Assembly: GCF_001194135.2 (NCBI RefSeq)
Contig: NC_068982.1
Location: 22,446,376 to 22,495,456, forward strand
Length of the DNA stretch: 49,081 nt
Source of the DNA: Octopus bimaculoides
Lineage: Eukaryota
Reading direction: 5' to 3'
Below the pieces are notes generated by a model that worked only from the letters and a program-made list of their open reading frames with translations, searched no databases and was not told the origin of the DNA. This document shows, one piece after another, positions 37,667 to 47,581 of this stretch; positions within the stretch are counted from its first letter, which is position 1; each line of letters opens with the position of its first letter. A program made the translations under genes and the position numbers.

Positions 37667-37702
37667 TTACATCTTACACTCGTTACTGAAAAAGGGTGTT
37701 TT

Positions 37703-38418
37703 TTCTTTTATTTCTTTTATTTGTTTCAGTCATTTGACTGCGGCCATGCTGGAGCACCACCTTTAGTCGAGCAAATCGACCCCAGGACTTATTCTTTGTA
37801 AGCCGAGGAATTATTCTATCAGTCTATTTTGACAAACCACTAAGTTACAGGCATGTAAACACACCAGCATCAGTTGTCAAGTGATGTTGGGGGACAAACA
37901 CACAAACACTCACACACACACACACACACACTCACACATATATATGATAGGCTTCTTTCAGTTTCTTATTTCTTTATTGCCCACAAGGGGCTAAACATAG
38001 AGGGGACAAACAAGGACAGACAAAGGGTTTAAGTCGATTATATTCACCCCACTACATAACCGGTACTTATTTTATCGACTCCGAAAGGATGAAAGGCAAA
38101 GTCGACCTCGGCGTAATTTGAACTCAGAACGTAACGGCAGACGAAATACCACTAAACATTTCGCTCGGCGTGCTANNNNNNNNNNGCGTAATTTGAACTC
38201 AGAACGTAACGGCAGACGAAATACCACTAAACATTTCGCCCGGCGTGCTAACGTTTCTGCCAGCTTGCTGCCCTCTTTGAGTTTCTGTCTACCAAACTCA
38301 CTCACAATGCTTTGGTCAGCCCGATGCTATAGTAGAAGACACTTGCCCAAGGTGCCACGCAGTGGGACTGAACCTGAAACCATGTGGTCGGTAAGTAAGC
38401 TACTTACCACACAGCCCA
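37703..38418 (-). mobile_element. SINE family A with a SINE B (37966-38269) nested at cttctttcagtttc
   Basis: A tail/body to 37965, then B, then ctctttgagtttctgtctacc and the A head. The flanks cttctttcagtttc / ctctttgagtttc resemble a degenerate TSD. Confidence 0.88.
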
Positions 38419-39010
38419 TGGTTTATCGCTTGATTCTCTGCTAAGATGTACTCAGCTTCGTTCTTCAACCTATAACATAAACCAACCTTATAAAGGTGTC
38501 ATGTATTAGGCTAGCATATTTTTCTTCACATTAACAATATAGAAAGCATGTGTTTACATTCTTTTTTAACTCAGAGTAAGGCTTTATGATATTTAAATTT
38601 ATTGCAGTTCTTCTGATTTATGCTATGTTGTGCATGAACAGATATTGTTTAATTAATGAAGAGCAATCAAAGGTGCAAATATGCAAATATATAAACACAT
38701 TTACATATGCACACACATATGCACATATTTAATACAGTGTAACTCAGAAATTTAGAATATTAAGCAAAATATTCGATATTTTTGTCATTCAAGTCAGAAT
38801 GTTAAATTTTAATTGTATAATTGCTTACCAAATCTAATCTGTTCCAAGTATTTTGTAGAAACAAGCTAATATTTAGAATTTCAACACCTGTGCCATTAAA
38901 AATCCAATATCATAGAATTTTAGGATAAAATATTTGGTGCCAGGGGCATATGTCTTCTACTATAGCCTCAGGTCAACCAATGCTTCTGTGTATGTGTGTG
39001 TGTGTGTGTA

Positions 39011-39877
39011 GAGTGCAGTGAATATATTGTTGTCTGAATTATGCAAAAATGAAAATAACACTGACATCTCATTTTAACAGATATACTTACCAAAATTACA
39101 TTGAATTATCTTGAAATACTTAAACAGTAAACTTATTCAATAAAATCACCATTCGCTTCAACCAAGGCCTCCACACGACTTTTGAATCTCCTGCAACTCT
39201 TCTGGATGGTCTCCTTGTTCAAGTTGGTGAATGTGGCCAAAATCCTTACCTTCAGTTCATCTTTGGTATTACAAGGAGTTTCGCTGATCTCTCACTCAAC
39301 TGCATCCCATGCTTAATAATCAAGGGGTTTGCAGTCTGGTGAGTAAGGTGGCCAGATGTTAGGGGTGATGTGGTCATAGAAATTGTCTGACAGCCATGAC
39401 TGGTTTCTCCTGCTTGTGTGGCATGGTGCAGAGTTCGGTTGCCAGACACAGGGTCTTCCAACAGGCACCCTCTTGATCTAGGGCAGGACTACCTCTGTGT
39501 TGAGTCTGAGGCTGTGTGAGATGATGAATAGAATCATAACATCGCCATCACTAGTGATCACTCCAAACACGAAGATGCTGACTGGATGTTTGATTTTTAT
39601 CACTCAGTACATGCATTTTCCTGATTGCACTGTCCTCAGATTGACACCCAAACACTCTGAAATGTTCGTATTGGAGCTTCCAGTGTGAATGCCAAGCAGT
39701 ACAGCATGTCATTTCCAAATTTCTGGCAGAGTGAATTGAGTCATGGTGCTGTTTTTCTCACAGATGGTGCCCAACTGACCCTACTATACTGTGTAGTAAA
39801 CAAAATCAAAATCAAACAATGCACATGTGCAAAATTAGAAATATAAAATGGTGACAATTTACCCATCACACACAGTG

Positions 39878-39878
<1 letters not shown>
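39011..39878 (-). mobile_element. Internally deleted DD37D-type transposon, copy 2 (ORF remnant 39744 to 39133)
   Basis: MTQFTLPEIWK*HAVLLGIHTGSSNTNISECLGVNLRTVQ, deletion, KHPVSIFVFGVITSDG...CVWQPNSAPCH...WPPYSPDCKPLDY...VEANGDFIE*. 37 residues lie between the 2nd (here D>N) and 3rd catalytic positions. The TIR-like ends are degenerate, so the limits are approximate. Confidence 0.85.
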
Positions 39879-39909
<31 letters not shown>

Positions 39910-40242
39910 TGTATGTATGTATNNNNNNNNNNNNNNNNNNNNNNNNNNNNNNNNNNNNNNNNNNNNNNNNNNNNNNNNNNNNNNNNNNNNNNNNNNNNNN
40001 NNNNNNNNNNNNNNNNNNNNNNNNNNNNNNNNNNNNNNNNNNNNNNNNNNNNNNNNNNNNNNNNNNNNNNNNNNNNNNNNNNNNNNNNNNNNNNNNNNNN
40101 NNNNNNNNNNNNNNNNNNNNNNNNNNNNNNNNNNNNNNNNNNNNNNNNNNNNNNNNNNNNNNNNNNNNNNNNNNNNNNNNNNNNNNNNNNNATTTACATT
40201 ATTTACATTTGACGGATATTTGTCCTCTTCTTGTTTGTTGTT

Positions 40243-40285
40243 AACACATTTCGGCTGATATACCCTCCAGCCTTCATCAGGTGTC
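40243..40285 (-). ncRNA. Family F hammerhead copy 1 (core and stem II intact, 3-nt deletion in stem III)
   Basis: Minus strand gacac CTGATGA a GGCTG gagggtatat CAGCC GAAA ---t gtgtt. Confidence 0.7.
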
Positions 40286-40454
40286 TTGGGGAAATTTCAA
40301 ACCTGGGCTTTCATTCCTAAGGTATTTTTTGATGTTGTTATTGTTGTTATTATTATTATCATTATTATTATTATTCAGGTCACTGCCTGGAATCGAACAC
40401 GGAATCTTGGGGTTAGTAGCCCACGCTCTTAACCACTACACCATATGCTCGTGA

Positions 40455-40532
<78 letters not shown>

Positions 40533-40602
40533 CAACAACAACAATAATAATAATATCGAAAAATACCTTAGGAATGGGAACCCAGGTTTAAAATTTCCCC
40601 AA

Positions 40603-40645
40603 GACACCTGATGAAGGCTGGAGGGTATATCAGCCAAAACATGTT
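40603..40645 (+). ncRNA. Family F hammerhead copy 2 (G12>A, stem III damaged)
   Basis: gacac CTGATGA a GGCTG gagggtatat CAGCC AAAAC atgtt. Confidence 0.65.
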
Positions 40646-41110
40646 AACAACAAAAAAGATGGGGACAAATATCTGTCAAATGTAAATCATGTAAATAATG
40701 TACATAATACTTCATCTTTTAAATATAGAACTGTATTAACAGAAACTTGGTACTGTTAATACAGTTACCATGTTTGGAAAAGAAGTGGAGTGGCAGCCCC
40801 TTTAGGCTAGTCTGGTATGCAAGAAATTCACAGGACGAAAACAAGATTAATCAAGAGTTGCTTGGACTCAAAGTGGGGGTCAGTGACCATCTGCTAATAG
40901 TGCATGGGAACAGAAAAACATTCAAGGCAGTGAATGGGTGTACTTGGTAAATGAAGGACTCCTTGTTCTTGTGAGAAAATTTGTCTAGGAGAGAAGTTGA
41001 TTGGGCATCTTAGACATAGTGTGGGGAAATTGTCGGGGAGATGTAAAACTCTGAATTCAAACTGTAGCTGTCCTGTTGTTTCCTGTTGTTAAGAAAGATT
41101 AAGAGATGGA

Positions 41111-41346
41111 ATCATCGTCGTTGACATCACCCTTGTCGTCATCGTCAATGTCGTCATCAATGTCACCGTCGTCATCATCATCATTTAATATTTGTTTTTT
41201 CATATTGGCATCGGTTGGACAGTTTGACAAGAACAGGTGAACCAGTTCTGTGTCTGCTTTGGCAAAGTTTCTACAACTGGATACACTTCCTAATGCCAAC
41301 CACTTAACAGAGTATACTGGGTGCTTTTTAAGTGGCACCAACACTG
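41111..41346 (-). mobile_element. Old family C-like copy
   Basis: tcatttaatatttgttttt...ggttggac...gtttctacaactggatacacttcctaatgccaaccact. Confidence 0.7.
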
Positions 41347-41751
41347 ACAGGATTGCCAGGTACTCACTATATAAAACCCCTCAACTGAGAGAGGTGTAAG
41401 GTTGAAGGAATCAGAAACTGTAATAGAGGGAGAGGAGAAGCAGGTGTATAAAATTTGGTTAATGACATGTACATGTTTAATGAACTGTGCAATGGAAACC
41501 TTGAATAAAATTTATAACACCCCTCTAATGGTTAACAAACTTTCACCTTGGTGTTCATGAGTCTTATGAATTGACACAGATCAAAGAGTGATCACACCAG
41601 AAATCACACTGGCAGGTAGAGCTGAGTGGTTAAGAAAATTGTTTTATAGCCATGAGGGCCTGGATTGGATGGACTGGACCTGCAATTCAAAGGTTCCGTT
41701 CTGTTACATAGTGTCACCTTGATTCTGTGAGAGAATTACATTAAGGTTACC

Positions 41752-41925
41752 AACATCGCTTGACAACCGATGTTGGTGTGTTTGTGTCCCCATGGCTGAG
41801 TGGTTTGGCAAAAGAGACCAATAGAATATGTACTAGGCTAGCAAAAAATAAGTCCTGGAGTCGATTTGTTCAACTAAAGGCGGTGCTCCAGCATGGCCGC
41901 AGTCAGATGACTGAAACAAGTAAAA
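41752..41925 (+). mobile_element. SINE family A, 3' half
   Basis: aacatcgcttgacaaccgatgttggtg...ggcggtgctccagcatggccgcagtcagatgactgaaacaagtaaaa. Confidence 0.88.
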
Positions 41926-41959
41926 AAAATGTGAGTGGAATATTTAGCCACTTCACACA

Positions 41960-42178
41960 TACAGGTTTCAAATTTTGGCACAAGACCAGCAATTTTGAGG
42001 GTTGAGATAAGTTGGTTCATCTAATCCCAGTGCTCAACTGGTACTTATTTAATTAATTCTGAAAGGGACAAAAGATAAAGTTGACCTCGACTGAATTTGA
42101 ACTCAGACCATAAGGCTAGATGAAATGCCCCTAAGCATTATGCCAAATATGCTAACAATCCTGCCAGTTCTCCACCTC
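41960..42178 (-). mobile_element. Old SINE B-like variant with a different 3' end
   Basis: cccagtgctcaactggtacttattt...gttgacctcgactgaatttgaactcag...ctgccagttctccacc. Confidence 0.65.
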
Positions 42179-42858
42179 AGCCACATCACATATACAGGTC
42201 ATCATTGACTTATGACTGATCAACTTTACGATGATTGACACACCAGCTCCCGGCAACAATAATAAATAGTTTAATTGAAATCTAATGGGTTTGATTTCTT
42301 AGAAATTAACCCGTCTATGGGTGATGTCAGCTGACAAATGCTTCCCCTAGGTTTGGTTATCAATTGACACTGTAGTTATTCCAAGTCTTGGATGAATAGC
42401 CTGTCGCAGAGATATCGAGGTAACCTCATATTTGTTTTTAAGACGACTGCCTGAGACTCTGAAATTTTTGATTAATGCCAGAATAATAGTATAATACAAA
42501 ATGCTGCGTGTGACTTTTACCTGAGAATGTACCTTAAGAATGCAAAAATATAAAACAAACCTATGTAGGCCTGTAGGCTGACTTAGGACCAAATCGACTT
42601 AAGACCAGTCACTGGGAACCAATCGTGATCGTAAGTTGACAACGACCTGCATTACAATGAGGACATGGTTTAGTTGTTTCAACTGTCACTCCACCTGTTA
42701 CAATGATGAGTGTTTGAGTCGATTCAACCACCCAAACAGCCTACAGGTGAAATAAATGTGCAAGTAGCTGTGCACTCTTAACCCTATAACATTCAGGTTA
42801 CTCTGTGAAATGTTTGTGTGTTACTATGGCAATAGTTCGGATACTTATTGATCAGACC

Positions 42859-42891
<33 letters not shown>

Positions 42892-44215
42892 NNNNNNNNN
42901 NNNNNNNNNNNNNNNNNNNNNNNNNNNNNNNNNNNNNNNNNNNNNNNNNNNNNNNNNNNNNNNNNNNNNNNNNNNNNNNNNNNNNNNNNNNNNNNNNNNN
43001 NNNNNNNNNNNNNNNNNNNNNNNNNNNNNNNNNNNNNNNNNNNNNNNNNNNNNNNNNNNNNNNNNNNNNNNNNNNNNNNNNNNNNNNNNNNNNNNNNNNN
43101 NNNNNNNNNNNNNNNNNNTAAGCCTACCAAATCCACTCACAATGCTTTGGCTGGCCTGATGCTATATTTGAAGGCAGCCAAGGTGCTATGCAATGGGACT
43201 GAACTAAAATTTACATGGTTGTGAAGGAAATTTCTTAACCACACCTCTATGCCTATTATACATTCATCTATCTATCTATCTTTCTATCTATCTATCTATC
43301 TATCTATTTATCTATCAATCTATCTGTCTGTCTGTCTGTCTGTTTGTCTCTCTCTCTGTATATATATGTATGTATGTGTGTGTATGTGTATGTGTGTAGA
43401 TAGCTAGATAGACAGAGAGAGAGACAGATAAAGAGATAGATAGATAAATATATATATTTACACATACATATAAATACATACATATACGTAATACACACTT
43501 AATACTCATACACACACACACACATGTTTACAACATATATAAAATCATTGTTCTAAAGCCTTAAATTTAATCATTAAATATATACAAGGAAAAAACATTA
43601 CACAAACAAAATAACATGATATACATATACATAATTATGTGTTTATGACAAACTGTTTAAACAGAAATGAGCTTTTGCATCCACTAGAACATGTACACTG
43701 GGTGAGAAAAAATATATTTGATTATATTTCTGATAAGATCAATAACTTTGCAATTCTAGTGATTCTTGATTGATGACTTAAACTTAATAAATGTAAAATT
43801 AATAACAGGGGGAAAAAAGTAGAGAGTATTTGAAAAAAAAATGTAGTGAAATAAAATTGGAAGATATTTGTTTGATCAAATAAAGTTTGTCCATTATTTG
43901 AAAGCATGATGTATTTTCTTTCCCTATATCAGAGAATGCTCTTGAATATTTTAATTTTTCTCTGTCATTCTAAAATATCTCTTTTAAAGTATTCAATATA
44001 AATCATTTTACTTTAAAACAAATAATGTTTTTTTTTCTTTTTCGTTTTTTTTGTTTTATTTTTGTTTCATACGAAGATGTTTATGATAACCAAAATAATT
44101 CTGTTTTGTTATACACATGATTTGTATGTGTGTGTATACACACACACACACACACACATATATACCTACATACATATATATAATGTGTAAGTATATACAT
44201 ATGTATGTGTACATA

Positions 44216-44266
<51 letters not shown>

Positions 44267-44656
44267 NNNNNNNNNNNNNNNNNNNNNNNNNNNNNNNNNN
44301 NNNNNNNNNNNNNNNNNNNNNNNNNNNNNNNNNNNNNNNNNNNNNNNNNNNNNNNNNNNNNNNNNNNNNNNNNNNNNNNNNNNNNNNNNNNNNNNNNNNN
44401 NNNNNNNNNNNNNNNNNNNNNNNNNNNNNNNNNNNNNNNNNNNNNNNNNNNNNNNNNNNNNNNNNNNNNNNNNNNNNNNNNNNNNNNNNNNNNNNNNNNN
44501 NNNNNNNNNNNNNNNNNNNNNNNNNNNNNNNNNNNNNNNNNNNNNNNNNNNNNNNNNNNNNNNNNNNNNNNNNNNNNNNNNNNNNNNNNNNNNNNNNNNN
44601 NNNNNNNNNNNNNNNNNNNNNNNNNNNNNNNNNNNNNNNNNNNNNNNNNNNNNNNN

Positions 44657-45285
44657 TCAAGCTGAGTTTCGTGTCCAATGAAGGAGACGACGTTGGCATG
44701 GGTGCCAGTTGTCGAATTCAGTTCGATTTCACTTGCCTCAACAGGTCTTCGCAAGCGGAGTTTAGTGTCCAATGAAGGAAAGCTACGAATAAGTGGGCTG
44801 GCTACACCCACTGGCAGAGGCCTTGGATTTAGGTCTCACTTGGCTTGCCGGGTCTTCTCACGCACAGCATATTTCCAAAGGTCTCGGTCAGAAGTCATCG
44901 CCTCGGTGAGGCCCAATGTTCGAAGGTCTTGCCTCACCACCTCATCCCAGGTCTTCCTGGGCCTACCTCTTCCACAGGTTCCCTTCACTGCTAGGGTGTG
45001 GCAATTTTTCACACATCTATCCTCGTCCATTCTTGCCACATGACCATACCAACGCAATCGTCTCTCTTGCACACCACAACTGATGCTTCTTAGGTCCAAC
45101 TTTTCTCTCAAGGTACTTACACTCTGTCTAGTATGCACACTGACATTACACATTCATCGGAGCATACTGGCTTCATTCTTTGCGAGCCTACGCATGTCTT
45201 CAGCAGTCACGGCCCATGTTTCACTGCCATGAAGCATGGCTGTTTGTACATATGCATCATACAGTCTGCCTTTTACTCTGAGCGA
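44657..45285 (-). pseudogene. RTE-clade LINE 3' end: ORF C-terminus (45285-44836, one TGG>TGA stop at 45154-45156) plus 3' UTR
   Basis: SLRVKGRLYDAYVQTAMLHGSETWA...SMLR*MCNV...QERRLRWYGHVARMDEDRCVK...GRGRPRKTWDEVVRQDL...DRDLWK. Confidence 0.92.
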
Positions 45286-45331
45286 TACATACATATATAT
45301 ATGTATACATATATATATATGTGTGTGTGTA

Positions 45332-45388
<57 letters not shown>

Positions 45389-45656
45389 NNNNNNNNNNNN
45401 NNNNNNNNNNNNNNNNNNNNNNNNNNNNNNNNNNNNNNNNNNNNNNNNNNNNNNNNNNNNNNNNNNNNNNNNNNNNNNNNNNNNNNNNNNNNNNNNNNNN
45501 NNNNNNNNNNNNNNNNNNNNNNNNNNNNNNNNNNNNNNNNNNNNNNNNNNNNNNNNNNNNNNNNNNNNNNNNNNNNNNNNNNNNNNNNNNNNNNNNNNNN
45601 NNNNNNNNNNNNNNNNNNNNNNNNNNNNNNNNNNNTATATATATATATATATATAA

Positions 45657-46030
45657 TCATCATCATTTAACATCCGTTGTCCATGATGGCATGGGTTGGA
45701 TGGTTTGACTGGGGCTGGTAAGCTGAGGGGCTGCACCAGACTCCAGTCTGGTTTTGCATGGTTTCTTGGACTGGATGCCCTTCCTAATGCCAACCACTCC
45801 GAGAGTGTAATGAGTGCTTTTGCATACTGCCGGCACAGGTGCCATTTATGTGACACCAGCAATGTCCACATTGCCTCTCTGATGCCCAATGCTTGTATGG
45901 TGCTTTTTACACACCACCAGCATAGCCACATTGCCTCCATGAGGCCTAACACTTGAATGATGCTTTTTATATGCCACCAGCACACATGCTAGTTATGTGA
46001 CGCCAGCATCAGCTACGACTACAATTTCAC
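45657..46030 (-). mobile_element. Family C-like copy with internal subrepeats
   Basis: catcatttaacatccgttgtccatgatggcatgggttgga...ctggatgcccttcctaatgccaaccactccgagag. Confidence 0.8.
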
Positions 46031-46509
46031 AAGGCTGTGTGGTAAGAAGTTTGCTTCCCAACCACATGGTTCCAAGTTCAGTTCCACTGTGTGGCACCTT
46101 GGGCAAGTGTCTTTTACTGTATCTTTAAGCTTACCAAAGTGTTGTGAGTGGATTTGGTAGACAGAAACTAAAAGAAGCCCATCGTGTATATGCATATATA
46201 TATATGATTCTCTAGGCCTCTTCAGAGGTCTTATATATATATATATATATATACTCTTTACTCTCTTTTACTTGTTTCACTCATTTGATTGCGGTCATGC
46301 TGGAGCACCACCTTTAGTCAAGCAAATCGACCCCAGGACATATCTTTTGTAAGCCTAGTACTTATTCTGTTGGTCACTTTTGCTGAACCACTAAGTTACG
46401 GGGATGTAAACACACCAGCATCAGTTGTCAAGCGATGTTGGGGGGACAAACACAGACACACAAACACACACACATAGATGTATACATATACATATATACG
46501 ACGGGCTTC
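46030..46509. mobile_element. Two SINE A pieces in opposite orientation (plus head half 46030-46190; minus 3' half 46253-46509)
   Basis: ggctgtgtggtaagaag...ggcaccttgggcaagtgtc, then ctcttttacttgtttcactcatttgattgcggtc...acgacgggcttct. Confidence 0.85.
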
Positions 46510-46794
46510 TAGAAATAAGTGTCAAACTGACATCCTTGAGAATACCAAACACTCTGCAACCAATACAATGTGTGTTTTGGACCAGCCCCTAGGTGTTAAA
46601 TACTTGTAAGAGTTAAATTCTCTGAATGCATAACCTGAATATTTCACTGAATGTACTTCAGTACCCAGTATATTTAAGAGACTAAAGGTGATGTTTACAA
46701 GTTAATTCAACCAATCCTTGAGTTTATCATTTAAGTACCTGATTCTCTACCGAGTCCTTATTATTGTATATATATAAAATATATGTGAACAAAA

Positions 46795-47084
46795 CATTCG
46801 AGCGAGGTTGTTGCCAGCATCGCTGGATTGACTCCTGTGCAGGTGGCATGTAAAAAACACCATTTGAGCATGGCTGTTGCCAGTACCGCCTGACTGGCCC
46901 TCGTGCCGGTGGCATGTAAAAGCACCCACTACACTCTCGGAGTGGCTGGCGTTAGGAAGGGCATCCAGCTGTAGAAACTCTGCCAGATCAGATTGGAGCC
47001 TGGTGCAAGCCATCTGGTTTGCCACTCCTCAGTCAAATCGTCCAACCCATGCTAGGCATGGAAAGCGGACACTAAACAATGATA

Positions 47085-47137
<53 letters not shown>
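46795..47137 (+). mobile_element. SINE-like family C, plus strand, with a long (GAT)n tail
   Basis: ggcgttaggaagggcatccagctgtagaaactctgcc...ggaaagcggacactaaac-(gat)n. Confidence 0.9.
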
Positions 47138-47581
47138 ATATATTATTTATTTAAAGATCATAATATGTATGTTGAAATGCTACTAATAGTTTCATGTGTT
47201 GAGAAAACTCAAACATTTTCTTCAGCTGCAAACCACATATCATAACAAACTAACAAAAAAAAACTGAGTAATAGAAGAAGCATGGAGAAACTGAGAAGGC
47301 AGCATATAGGAAAAGCAGACAGTAAACAACGGAAAATGAAAAATTAAAACGAAAATGTAAGAAATAAAAGGTAAAAAGGTAAAAGAGCTATCTTCCTTAG
47401 ACCTTAAATGATAAGGCTGGAAAGATATCAACATACGAAATTATTACATGTATTAATACATGTATTGTGACCTTTAAATAAATAATATTAATCTCTCACC
47501 AGATGGAATACTTTTTTTGTTGAATTTTCTATCATGGATCAGTACATGATATATGTATGTGTATATATATAAGAAGTAAAA

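Larger units (their letters stand above)
40192..40735. mobile_element. Family F element, inverted-dimer locus 2: full minus copy (tRNA head 40372-40453) plus a 5'-truncated plus copy from 40451
   Basis: Minus head cacgagcatatggtgtagtggttaagagcgtgggctactaaccccaagattccgtgttcgattccaggcagtgacc, then (AAT)n and a tail with a hammerhead. The plus copy repeats gtgacctgaataat...agaactgta. Confidence 0.9.

Noticed and set aside
38112-38248. Apparent duplication inside SINE B
   Set aside because: Also flanks a 10-N gap; assembly overlap.
40765-41070. Purine-rich stretch that might be an L1/Tx1 C-terminal relic
   Set aside because: No diagnostic motif recovered by manual translation.
42520-42531. Possible 12-nt minus-strand microexon (ttaag|gtacattctcag|gtaaaa)
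   Set aside because: Such motifs arise by chance in AT-rich DNA; needs RNA-seq.
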